Shown: in pieces, positions 30,428 to 42,408 of the stretch
Layout: each line of letters starts with the position of its first letter
How positions within the stretch are numbered: the first letter of the stretch is position 1
Assembly: GCA_010909165.1 (NCBI GenBank)
Contig: MU008157.1
Location: 930,001-994,000 of the forward strand
Origin: Anthoceros angustus
Lineage: Eukaryota; Plantae; Anthocerotophyta
Length of the DNA: 64,000 nucleotides
Reading direction: 5' to 3'
Notes under the pieces: generated by a model
Told to the model about the DNA's origin: nothing
The model's input: only the letters and a program-made list of their open reading frames with translations
The model's database searches: none
Translations under genes and position numbers: made by a program

Positions 30428-30604
30428 GGCTGAAGACTCTTCCCCCAGCTAACCCTGCACCTCCACCTCCACTTTCTTCACGCTCCGTCAATAAGGTTTT
30501 AGACTAGAGAGGCAAGTACCTACATATATCAATTTGCTCAGCTGCAAATTAGCACAGTCTAGACTCGTCCCTAAAGCTTAAAGTGCGTTCAAATTGGCAA
30601 TAGG

Positions 30605-30770
30605 TAGTTTTCAAGGATGTCACTATTATTAAGCTACCTATGTAACTATGTAACTGGATAGGGTACCATAGGATGGGGTGCCCACAGACATACCCCTGGT
30701 GTAAGTTGCTTAAGAACCAAGTTCCAAGGTAAATATCATTCTTAGTGGACTTCAAAAGAATTATTGTTTG
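30605..30770 (+). mobile_element. Decayed copy of the short stem-loop-tailed retroposon family
   Basis: Shares AAG(G/A)A(T/C)GTCA, GATGGGGT, CAAGT and CTTAGTGGACTT + (TTA/TTG)-like tail with 57191-57385 and 59439-59632. Confidence 0.55.
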
Positions 30771-31521
30771 GCTTCTTATGTGATTAGGAGAGATGAGTAG
30801 ATAGTAGATAAAAATGGGTTCGCCTTGTTGGTTTCTTGAAGACTAATACTAATTTTTTACACAAGTAAATATATATATATATTTTACTCCTTGAATAAGT
30901 TTATGTTGAAGTTTCGATGGGCTGCAACTCTATGATGGATTTCTTGTGGTCGTCATGTAAAAGAAGTTCGTGTGCACAAAGTTTAGTATTAATGATACCC
31001 CAAGAAATTTGAATAGCACACAAATGTTACACTATGTAATTAAGATCAAGCACTATTAAGGGAATTTCTTGATTGGTCAGGTGGGGGCCAAGTTATTTAT
31101 GAAGACTAAGTTTTATATCACATATAGAGTTTAATTCGCCTGAGATTTTAAATGAAAGTCTATGATACAAAGGTAATATAATCATTATAGCGTGTAATCG
31201 AGAAAGATTTGCCATGGCTGCAACTTGAACAAGTCACCCGGTAGCGAGGTGGTCATGATACCGCTGGGCCTACTAGATCATTGAGTAGGATACATGATCA
31301 GCATCTACATATCAACATACCTTGAAAAATAACTAATGAATCTGTTAAAGTAATATATATATACCGTCTAAGCCTTTAGAACAACCCTTCAATAAACATA
31401 CCTTAAGAAACAAAACATACTTCAACAAGTAAACTGGAACCCATTAAAAGGTTTTTATTGTAGCGGTGGGGTTTGCCCTTTTCTTTGTATACTTGTTGCG
31501 TGGGGCTTAATTTTGGTATCG

Positions 31522-31655
31522 AGGTGTGAGGCATTAAAACCCTTAAAAAAATATAGCTACGAATGTGATCATCTTTTCTCAACTCATGGGACACTATCTC
31601 TGGTGGGATTTGTAACAAAGAGCCTCTGATTTGAAGTTAGATGCCTTATTTGTTA
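31522..31655 (-). mobile_element. tRNA-derived SINE copy A
   Basis: Decayed tRNA head with anticodon arm TCTAA-CTTCAAA-TCAGA, then a non-tRNA body (CCCATGAGTTG..AAAGATGATC..TTTTAATG) shared with copy B. Confidence 0.6.
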
Positions 31656-31669
31656 AGTAGTTACAACCT

Positions 31670-32150
31670 TTTCAGAACAACCTTTTGAACCACATACCAT
31701 AAAAACCACAACATAGTATAAAAAGTAAATCGAAAACCTCTAAAAGATGGATATGCTAAAAGAGGGTGACGGATTGGTTTTCTGTCGCCACAAGGCCTTG
31801 TTAGCTTTGTGAGATCTGCATGTCCATTCGGCATGCAATGTGGGGGACGGCCTAAAATAAGGCGACAGAGCTCCATCCGTCAAAAGTATGAAGACGTCCT
31901 CCTTTTGACGAACGAAGCTCCATTTATGACAGCCTTGGATTTCGGGAGTTTAACAACAAGATAGCGAACCATATAACGAGCCTACCATGTTTAAGGGTCC
32001 TCTGGGCAAAGGAACCCTTCCCCAATGTAAGTATCGCTTGCAAGCTAGTTGTTTGTCTATAGCAGTTGATGCCTTGGGTGGTCGGGCTATGCAACTTTGT
32101 CTAGTGTTTCTTTGATTGGTGAGCGTGGCAGGCCTGCTTCTCCTTATAAA
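31670..32150 (-). mobile_element. Possible L1-clade LINE 3' fragment (zf-RVT-like)
   Basis: RPCGDRKPIRHPLLAYPSF...TMLWFLW resembles the C..C...E.RHLL..CP / W.IW pattern. Heavily decayed. Confidence 0.3.
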
Positions 32151-32331
32151 GCTCACAAGGTCACAAGGTTGGAGGAGTTGCTCGAACTACTGGTTTTTAG
32201 CTGAGAGGCGTTGAGAGTTTAGGAGGGACCTTGTAAATAAAGTGTGAGGTTTTCATTGTAGGGGCTTTCCGATTTTGTGTATATTACTTCGGAGATGTTC
32301 ATGTTGCTTGAGGCTCAGTTCTGGTCTTGGG

Positions 32332-32468
32332 ATGTGAGTCATTAAAACGCTTAAAAATGTATTTGCGAATACGATCATCTTTCGCAACTCATGGGAAACA
32401 GTCTCTGGTAGGATTCGAACCCACAATTCTTTGATTTGAAGTCAAATCCTCATCCATGAAACCAGGAA
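32332..32468 (-). mobile_element. tRNA(Arg-like)-derived SINE copy B
   Basis: The minus strand reads ATGGATGAGG-ATTTGACTTCAAATCAAA-GAATT-GTGGGTTCGAATCCTAC with an intact B box, followed by the same ~65-bp body as copy A. Confidence 0.7.
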
Positions 32469-32659
32469 CTATTGTGAATTCATTAAGCATGCAATAATCC
32501 TATACGGAAATGCAAGTCGGATACTATTTTTTTTCAAGAAAATTTCTAAAATTTAGTCAAAATTTTAAACCATAATTTTCAATAGAGTACTATTTCTTCG
32601 AATAGACATACTTGGAGAAAATTACATTAAAAAATAAGCTTTTCAATATCATGAGAAAA

Positions 32660-33020
32660 TAAAGTAAAATGGTATAGATGACTACTATCTTTTACAACCC
32701 TATTTTTCAACGAAGTTTTGCTACAGGCATCGCTGATACTTGTAACAAAAATCCGTTAAGCGATAAGCTTTATAATACCATGAAAAAAGAACAGCAAACT
32801 AGCATACATGACTACGCTCTTTCAAAACGCTAATTTTGAACAAACTTCTCCGACATGAATCGGCGCTCTTTCAAAATGCTAATTTTCAAAAAAATTCTTT
32901 TACCTGCATCGGCTTGGAATCGAAGATACTTGTAGCAACACTCCATTGAACAATAAGATTTACACCTCATGAGAAAAGAACAACAAACTAGCATAGATTA
33001 CTGCAATATTTCAAAACCTT
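32660..33020. repeat. Degenerate AT-rich tandem repeats (~140-190 bp period)
   Basis: Recurring CATGA.AAAAGAACA.CAAACTAGCATA, GATACTTGTA.CAA and GCTCTTTCAAAA.GCTAATTTT blocks. Confidence 0.55.
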
Positions 33021-33148
33021 TCAATACCTCTTAACATTTGAAAAAAGTACACGTAAGATCAAAAATAGATGTACTTTCCATGCCTTTAGAGTAAATTAGA
33101 ATAGAATGCAAGAAATCTTTCGGGATAGCAATGTGTCTAAGTAAGAAA

Positions 33149-33315
33149 AATATCAATGATCAACTGAAGGAAAAATGAAAAGCAATAATATCAATGATCA
33201 AGTAAAAGGAAAATGAACAAGTAATATAGAGATTTTTATCAGCCAATATTAATAATATCAATGATCAAGTGAAAGGAAAATGAATAGGTAATATAGATAT
33301 TTTTTATCAGCCAAT
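33149..33315. repeat. Three degenerate tandem copies starting AATATCAATGATCAA
   Basis: AATATCAATGATCAA.T.AA.G.AAAATGAA occurs three times. Confidence 0.75.
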
Positions 33316-33999
33316 GTTGTCCACATGATCATAGTGAGGCGTGCAATTTTTCCATAGCGATCTTATATATAGTTCTTATATTTTTATATAGATACTGATT
33401 TTCCTATAGTACTCAATAGAGTCTCTATGTCTCAAAGTATGGTCCACCTAAAAGAGTATCGAATATTTGGATTACTATTCACTCTTAAATGAAAAGCTTA
33501 TAGAATTTTTAAACATAAAGTTACACACTAATTACATTTCCTTCTTACTATGACCTAGGAGTCTCTTTAAGGTGTCTTGTGTTAGATGAGCTCATCCCAT
33601 CTCTCTTTTCTTAATAAAGTCAACCCTTTCATTATATGTCATATGTCAAATTATCATTTTGGGACACAAGGTTATGGAAAATAATATATAACTTGGCATG
33701 CATATTTGGTAGTTGGTCTGAGAGTGTATGTATAGCATGTTTTTCAAGCTAGTTGAGATCACAAAGACATAGCCTCGAATTTGTTCTTAACCAAAATTAT
33801 CTTCCTCTTACTTGTTTTAACAAATATGCAACAAGAATATAGCAATCAAAGTCCATATGTGTATAGGTTGCTTATGGGTTACCTCGTGTCTTCTTGGTTC
33901 ATGGATCTCCTATGACAAAGGAATATTAATGAATCTAAATGCTTGCTATTCTTAAGTATGCCTTAGATCTATGGCTTGATGTTAATAGTGATATGATTT

Positions 34000-34190
34000 G
34001 AACACATGCTTAGTAAGTAAGCAGCTCAATTTAACACAAGTCAACTATTAGAGAACATACACTTAGTAAGTAAGTAGCTTAATTTGAGAAAATTTCATGA
34101 TGAGAGCACACGTTTAGTAAGTAAAAATATTAATCTACATAATTCAACACATGTTCTTGCCGTAGGCCATAAGCAGCTTAATTTAATTAA
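34000..34190. repeat. Degenerate ~50-bp tandem repeat
   Basis: CACA..CTTAGTAAGTAA.CAGCT.AATTT recurs 3-4 times. Confidence 0.65.
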
Positions 34191-34403
34191 GAAAATCCAT
34201 TGCACTTAGATACTTATGTTCTCCTCTTTCATGGTACGAACATCATAAGGCTAATCTTGTGAACACTAGAAGAAAGATGAATATTCTACATAGTTGGATA
34301 CAATATAACTAATTAATTTGTATGCCAATATGTATACAAGTATTATATATACAAGTAAATCTTATATTTAATAATTATTTCTATCCAAATTTATCATGTG
34401 TTA

Positions 34404-34475
34404 GAGCAGCATCCACCTAAACGATAAAAGGGACTTAGGTCTACTACCCTCTTTTATCCGTTGATGGAGTAGCTC
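34404..34475. mobile_element. Small Tourist/PIF-like MITE remnant
   Basis: Imperfect inverted repeat GAGCAGCATCCA..CGATAAAAGGG / CCCTCTTTTATCCG..TGGAGTAGCTC. Left flank TTA; right TSD not preserved. Confidence 0.35.
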
Positions 34476-35793
34476 ATCCTTTCTAATATAACAATAAATG
34501 CTGCATCAATAGTTTACAAAGTTATAAGTTTTATGTTACCGAATAATTTAATGATCAATAACAACGGTGACCATATAGTTTTTTACTTGCAGTGCACAAT
34601 ATTTGCAATAATGAAAATGTTCGAGGTTGTATCCTTGTGTCACCTCATAAAAATGATGTAACAACATATTAGCATAGTTTTTATTCTCAATGAAACTATA
34701 AGTCTTTTCAAGGTTCTAGCTTGCCACTTCGGATGTGCTTATATGATATGATGATGCTAATAGCAACAATGATGATATCAATTGACTATGATATATCTGT
34801 TAATTACAACATTGATCTCATGGTGGAGATCCAGCATAAATGCTCGCTTCAAGATAATGTTTCTAATAACATGTGAAAATATTATTATATTATTGCAGGA
34901 AATAACTAATATGGTATTGGTGCAATATGAAATCAAAACATGCATTAATGCTGATATATGCTGTATGCAATAGTCTATTCAATTAGGTTCAAATTTCATG
35001 TTTAAAATTAGTTGCCGTAGTCTATATATCTATTAGACATAAAATAATTATTTTTCTCTTTTTTTAATAACATGGATATTAACTCGCCCGTGTCAAAAAT
35101 TTCAAAAATTATGTGTTGTACATAGATAAGTATTCTATACATAATTATACATATTTTTTGAAGTACCTAATTTTATAGATTAATTCTATTCTGCTTAATG
35201 GTCTACCTCAAAAACAAAACAATCCCTTAAGTAGTAGGCCCCCTACTAGCTGTATCAACTACGGTATATCCAATACATTGATCAACCAAATATGCTCCGT
35301 AGGTGTAAATTTTTCTTATTGATTCGTATTACAACAATAAGGATGGGGGTACACGCAGGGGCATGACTCGCTCACCTAGTGCAAGGAGGTGGGTAAGGAG
35401 ATTTGTATAACATGTTATAAATATTTGAGAGTTTTTTTTTTAAATTAGAATATGCGGTGGAGAAGTATATTACTTCATATGAAGGAAAATAAGAAGAAAA
35501 TAAAATTACTATAATTATTTAATACGAGATAAAGTTTACAATAAGTAGTATAATTATATCAAAATTGATAGATGATAAAACAATGACCTCTAATATCAAC
35601 AGCCTATCATATGTATGTGACTTTTGGGCGCTGGCGGGAAGGTGGGTGGTGGGTGGCAAAAGAGGCGGGCGGTGGAGGCAGGGAAAAAAACACCGTATAA
35701 TTAATTATATAATGTGAAGAAGCACAGCAAAGCAACGGAAGTTGATGTAACAGATAGATATGCAAAAATTCAAAAAGAGGAGACGCATGAGAG

Positions 35794-38515
35794 TCATTGC
35801 TGCTTGGGAAGCTCTTTTTTGGCGTCGAGGGGGGAGCCGCAGCAGAAGCACCAGCTCTTAGAGAGATCGTAGATGCCGCTGGTGAGGCGCAGCAGCTCGA
35901 GGCCGTGCATCTCGTTGGTGATGTTGAGGGCGGCGCGGAGCTCGGTCATGAGAACCTCCTTGCGCCAGTTGAGCGAGTCCTGCCCCTGCGAGTAGAAGGC
36001 CTGCAGGACGAGCGAGTAGGCATTCAGTTCCAGCTTCTGCGTCTTGGACAGCATCTCGCGCTCCAGCGACACCTTCCCGAAGCTGCCGATCTTGGAGGGG
36101 CAGTCCAGGTCCGGGATGCACTTCATCTTGCGCGCCATGCCCGCGCCGACCCCGCCCTCCTGCTGCTGCTGCTGCTGCACCTTCCGCTTCCTCCCCATCC
36201 CCTCCTCGCCCAACTCGTACTTGTCGTGAACCGACTCCAGCTGCAGCAGCTCCCTGTCCCCGTGCTGCCCGTGGCGGTGTAACCCGGGGGGCGAGCTGCA
36301 CTCCGACGCCTCCTTCCCGTTGTCGCCCGCCTTGCCCATCCCGGACCCGGAGTTGTACTTGCCCAGGTCCCGAATGGCGAGCTGGAGCCCCGGCCCGGGG
36401 CCGGACCCCTGCTGCTGCTGCGGCCGCACCCTGTGCTCCAAGGCTGCTGCCCAGTGGTTGTCGCGGCCCATGAAGCGGCCGGCCCCATCCGGGCGGCCCC
36501 GGGCATGGCGATGGCGGCCCTGGCCTGGTCCACGGCGGCCGCCATGGAGCTGGCCTGCTGCGGCACGATGGCCAGCGGGTTGGAGAGCGGGCTGTTGCTG
36601 CCCATCCCGATCCTGATCCTGATCCCGGTGCCATCGTCTCTGAGGAGGCCTGAGAGCGCGCTGCCTCGCGCCCGCCCCTGCTCCCCCGCCCCCGCGGCTG
36701 CCTCCCGCCCCTGCTCCTGCGCCCGCCCCTGCTGCCTCGCCCGCGCAGGCCCCTCCCGCGCCCTGAGCTCCCCAGGATGACAGCCAGCGCGCCCCTACCC
36801 CGGCCCCGGACGCCCGCATCCCGGACCTCTCCCTCGCCCGCGGCCCCGCCCCCGGCCTCGCGCGGGTCTCAGCATCTCGCCTCCGAGCTCGTCCGCCGAG
36901 CCCCCGGCGATGTCCACGTCCACATCCACATCCACGTCCACGTCCACCTCCACCTCCTCCATGGCCAGGGAGATCTCGTGCTCGATTGCCGCCTCCGCAT
37001 TCTCCTCCGGGTCCCCGTCCTCCTCCTCCGACTCCCGGATGCTGCCCTTGGCGGAGGCCAGATGGTCGTCCCTCTTGGCCTCGTCGGAGATGCTCTCGGA
37101 TTCTTTGCTTTCTTGGACTGTCAGGCCTCCGTCGTAGCAGCTCTCGCGCTGGTTGTACGCATTTCCCATATGCAGGTGCTGCACCTTCAAGGATCCTGGG
37201 GCAGCCTGGGACAGGCCGTGGCCACGGCTAAGGCCATGCCCGTCCGCCTCCACCTCTACCTCCACCTCCACCTCCGCGTCGGGATCGGCGTCCGGTAGGT
37301 CGTGGTCGGCGTCCCCGTCTCCATCCGCTTCGGCCTCGGCCTCGGCCCGGGCTTGGGCTTCATGATCCGCGTCGCGCAGATCCAGCTCCTCGGTCTCAAG
37401 ACCCTCGCCGTCGCCGTCGCCGTCCCCGTCCCCGTCCCCGTCGCCTCGCTCGTTGTCGTCGTCCGTCATGGTCTCTAGTCTATCTTCTATCTCCCTGCTC
37501 TGCTGCTCCTGCTCCTGCTCCTCCTCTAAGCCCGTGTCCGGCTGATCGCTGTCCATGGATTCAGAACTACTCCTACTTAAATCTGCGTCCTCCCTCTCGT
37601 GCTCCGAACTCTCCGTTGATGAATCAAAATTCCCTGGGGCCTGCCGGAAGGAAGAGGAAGGAAGGATTTCAAGAGTAGTCACAACAAAGCCGTGTCACAC
37701 ACAAAAGTAATCATAACGTTGTGTTGCACCATGTCGACCTGGCCTGGCCTGGCAAAAGGCCTGAATCACAGATCTCTCTACCAAATCGAATGGACAGGGA
37801 CTCCAAATTTCCCACTCGGAAGAATATTCACAAACAAAAAGCAGCAGATAACTCCACACACTAAGCCATCATCTCCTGCAGGCAATGCGACATCGTGCAA
37901 AACCACGATGCCGTATACAGTCATCACCATCGTCTCCAAAATCTGCACCACAGCAAATCGCGCATGCAGCGCAGCACAACAGAGGCAAAAACAGCAGAAA
38001 CAACAAGAGAAGTTCAAGCAGGAGCAGCGGACGAGAAGACGGATCTTGCTGGAGGTGTGAAGAGTAATCTTGAGGCATTGAGCGGAGATTGTAGGAGGAG
38101 GAGGCGCAAGTACCTGAGGCACAATCCATTTGCCGTCCTTCCACTCTTGGTGAACGCGAATATCAGCGGCTCTGAAGGAAAGCTCTTCGCCGGACTCGCG
38201 GAAATACACATAGTAGGACTTGTCCGGGAGGACCTTGGAGATGACACCCTCCCACCAGCCCTCCCTGTCGTAGGCTTCGACGCGGTCGCCCCGCCGCCAG
38301 AGGCGCGGCTCCAAGGCCTTGGGGATGGGGCGGAGCTGGTTGCGGCGCAGCACTTCTTGCAGTTTCACCTGCTCGTTGTCCTCCGTCACCAGGTGCTCGT
38401 ACTCCACGGTGCACTCGTTGCGGTCCCAAGACAGCACGAAGGCGGTGTACCAAGATCCAACAAACCCCGGCTCCTCGCTGCACACCTCAACTTTCGCTCC
38501 CTTCCGCAATTGCAT
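35794..38515 (-). CDS. Agenet (plant Tudor) + C-terminal ENT domain chromatin protein; exon 2 has apparent frameshifts
   Basis: Exon 1 (38515-38114): KVEVCSEEPGFVGSWY, VEYEHL, LRPIP, GDRVEAYDREGWWEGVI, HQEWKDGKW (two Agenet repeats). Exon 2 starts at 37640 with an acidic and RG-rich linker, then LELNAYSLVLQAFYSQGQDSLNWRKEVLMTELRAALNITNEMH (ENT). Confidence 0.8.
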
Positions 38516-39480
38516 ACTGCTGGCTAAGCCTTGCTGCTGCTGCTGCTCCCCTCTCGTCCGCCCCGGCCTCCTCCACAAAGATCGATCTCACCACGGCGAC
38601 CGCATGCTGCTGCTCCACCCTCCGAGTCGGCGCCGCAAGATCGCTCATACTCTGCCTGCCACCCCGATTGCCCGGCACGGCAAAGAAGAAGTCGGCTCCC
38701 GATTCCTTTCTTGCTCCCCTCCCTCCCTCCTTCTTTAGCTCCTCCTCCTCCCCGAGCCCGCAGCAACAACAACAAGAACGTCCCGCTCACCGCATCGATC
38801 TCCGCTATCCCTCACTCGGGCCTCCCGTCTTTCTCCCTCCCTTCCTCGCAATTCTCCGCCATCGCCTCCCTCCCGCCAATCCCTCCCTCCTCCTCCCCGC
38901 CCGCTCCCCGGCCCGCCAAGAAACCGCCTCCTGCAAATCTTTCCCCTCCTGGAAACCGCGTGCCGCCCTGCCGCCGTCCTCCCCTCAATTCCTCGCAATG
39001 CAAATGCAATTTGCGCAGCAGCAGCAGCAGGCAGGCCCAAGGCGAGCGCAAACAAACACGAGAAGAAGAAGGTGGTGCGGGCTCTGGACCAGGACCCCAG
39101 CCTACTGAACAAGGCGACGCCAGCGACCTCTTTCCCACCTCAAACGGTTACTATAACACCGCTGTTTCACCTGTTACTCCTCCGCACCACTTCCCAGCCC
39201 AGCCCAGCCCCGAGCCCCGCAAATTACACTACAAACAATCGCAGATTCCCACATTTCCCTTTAACCAATCTCCTGCTGCACATCGCCAACCTGTTCGGTC
39301 AAAGCATCTCCCGCGCTTGGAAATCGAAATTCCTCCTCTCTTCTATACCCAAATATATTCCGCTTACTCGCTTACTCGTCAACCAGCACATACTTCCACG
39401 CCCATTTCCCAAGCATATTATTCCCCAGTATATGAGGTTGTTCATCTCACCTACTTTCTTTTTCTCTGTGTGCCTGTGCC

Positions 39481-39640
39481 CCCAATTCTTCCACTGGGAC
39501 CTTGAAGCTCCCTCATCTCACTCTTGCTCACCCTTTTGCTCAAACCCAAACTCTCCATGTACCCAATTCTTCCACTGGGACCATGAAGCTCCTTCATCTC
39601 ACTCTTGCTCACCTTTTGCTCAAACCCAAACTCTCCATCA
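39481..39640. repeat. 81-bp tandem duplication
   Basis: CCCAATTCTTCCACTGGGACC..GAAGCTCC starts at 39481 and 39562. Confidence 0.9.
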
Positions 39641-42408
39641 TCACATGACACTGACACTGATATGTGCAACAACCAGACCATACTACTTTTTCTTCTATTG
39701 CTCCTTCTCTACAAGGTAGGGCTTTCACAAACTACTAATGAGCTTAAATATTTTTTTTGCAAGTTACGGTAGATATGAACATACCTTCAATTGATATGAA
39801 CGTAAAATAAAATAATTTAAAAAATGTATGGACTACTGTCATTGACTTGACAACAACATAGCAAAACACATTTCTCATGCTTCTAATGTATTGCAATAGT
39901 TCCAAATGATCTAAATTGATTTCAGCAGCATGCAAGTCTAACTTTGTATGATTGTAAGACACAATTGGAGGAAACTAAAATAGTCTAGGACATAAAATAT
40001 AACGAGATTGTCAAATTCATGGAATCTCCTAATTGGTGTTGAGGCCTCTACATATCTTTCGAATAAAATTCAAAGATAAATTCAAAATTAAACTCACAAT
40101 GAAATATTACAAAAACTTGTTCGTACACACCTTGAGGCTTGAGGAATTCAATGTAGAAGCAATTGTCGACACTTATCTTTTAAGGAGTCGCATTCATAAT
40201 CAATTGTCGGTACCCACCTTGTAGAATTGGATTCTAGAAATACTACTTGTCGATACTTACCTTACACAACTGAATGGTGTCGTCTCTCCACCGATATTCT
40301 ACATGATGATCGCAGTTGCAACAACTCTTTCATAAAGAAGGTAATCAAAACTTTATGACTAATCAAGTACATTATTATTATATGGAACTTAACAATATGT
40401 ACACTATGTAGTAGAGAAAGTACCTATACTTCTTCCTAAAATCAAAGAAGGAATATAACAATGAAAGATTCAAAAAGTTTTGAGCATATAACACACTGCA
40501 GCTCTAGTGGCCAACAAATAGCAAAGCATTCACAATCCAAGTATAGAAGTTTTTTATTTATAGAAGACATCTGACCCTAATGACTGGGGGTAAAATATAG
40601 TACATATTTTACTGTAGAAGAAAAAACAAACATTTTGATAAATAATATAGGCCTTTTTTTACTAGGTACTCAAAATCTATACTAGCACTTAATACAATTA
40701 TATAAATAATTTATTTTTATAATAATTATATCTTTTTATGATAACATAAATATTTAAATATTTTTAAAATATGATTTAATCTCAATCCATTATCTGATTC
40801 ATGATAAATGAATCCATGTGAAGACATGTGAAAGCGTCATATAAGGAAAATATTCACAAGTATTGTAGAATGCATAAACACTAGGTAATATCACTATATA
40901 AACTTAAAGCAATCAAATCGAGGAATGCCGAACTTGGATGCTCATATCTACGAGTTTGATTGAATACATTGAGTTAAATATGAAATCTCGCTAAAGATAT
41001 ATGTAGGTACCAACACTTTATAACCTTGAAAGAAAGAGTTTGCAACAAGTTCATTACATTGAGTTGCCTTACTTACTAGGAAAATGTTCCAAAATCATAT
41101 AAAATATTTATAGACAATTAGACGAGATGGGTTATCTTTGAATCACTTGTTACACTGAATGGGGTTCAAGACTCCTTGGTTAGTATCTAGTTTGATCTAC
41201 GTGAGAACCCATATATGTTTCCCAACATAGGTAAAGAATGCGTGGAAAAATATGTCAATTCTTTGTAGCATCCCTCATTCTTGCCTTGCCTATGGTCCAA
41301 CCATTACTAAAAATCATTTGAACATAACAGAGATGGAAGTCGTTGTCTCCTGCGTTATTTGACCATGGCATTCTACTTGCTACTCAACAATTTTAAGTTA
41401 GTGGTTCATTTTATAGTAATAGATATATATAAACCATAACGAAAGTTGACACAAAAAAAAATGAAACTTGAAGATATCTTTTTACCTGTATGCACCTCTC
41501 AAGTAATACGGATGTGAATGCTTGCCCAAATTTTGTTGGTAATTGTTATACAATAATTGTCCAAGAAAGATGTGTGATATTCCAACATACTATACTTTAA
41601 TAAGCTGATATTCTCACACACCCAGGTATAAAACCCTAGATTTGTGTGTCAATCACTATCACCTCCACCAGCCCCTGCAATTGGGATAGCCGCACCTCCA
41701 ATAGTGGGCGTACCTCCGCTTTCTCCTGCCATAGCGGATTCCCCTCCTGATGCTTGGCCCCCACCTTTATTCTTCCAAAACATTGCACCCTTAAAACATC
41801 CACTAACTCTCTGTCCTAGATTAAGATTCTTACATTTAGCACTTGTTTTGCCCATACAAAACTTGATTTGCGGGAAGAAAAACCATCCACAACAACATGC
41901 AAATGGAAGTCCGAAAGCACAAGGGAGACACATTCTTATTCAATATATTATAATTCTTCATATCAAAGTTGAAACCAAGAAACCTCATTGTAATAAATCA
42001 AAATGTACATATTGAATAAAATATTTAGATTAAAAATATAATAATACTAAAATTTAATACTAATATACAGATTCCATGTAGGCAATGGAGAAGATGAAAC
42101 TTTCTTCTCCCTTATTGACATAATTCAAGAAGAAAAAGTTAATTATAGAAAAGAAACCCTAAAATCATGTCAATTGGTTATATCGATAAAAAGAAATATT
42201 TTCTTCTTTGAATTACAGCAATATTTTATGAAATTTAAAACATGGCCTTTCAGTTGGATAGGTATTGAGAGAGCTGTATTTCGATAGTGAAGAAGTTGAT
42301 CCATTGTGGATGGCGCTACGCAGGCCAATTAGACTGCCAGCAGAATTGCAAACCATGTTGGGACAGAAGACTCTTTAAACCGCAAACCTGCAATCAAGTT
42401 GAGTAGTC

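Noticed and set aside
32395-32468. Opal-suppressor or selenocysteine tRNA (TCA anticodon)
   Set aside because: The D-arm and acceptor stem are degenerate, there is no long variable arm, and it shares a non-tRNA body with a second copy, so it is a SINE.
41644-42015. Overlapping Pro-rich and Cys/Gly-rich ORFs in AT-rich DNA
   Set aside because: No recognisable family, splice context or confident ATG start. Probably a TE or gene fragment.
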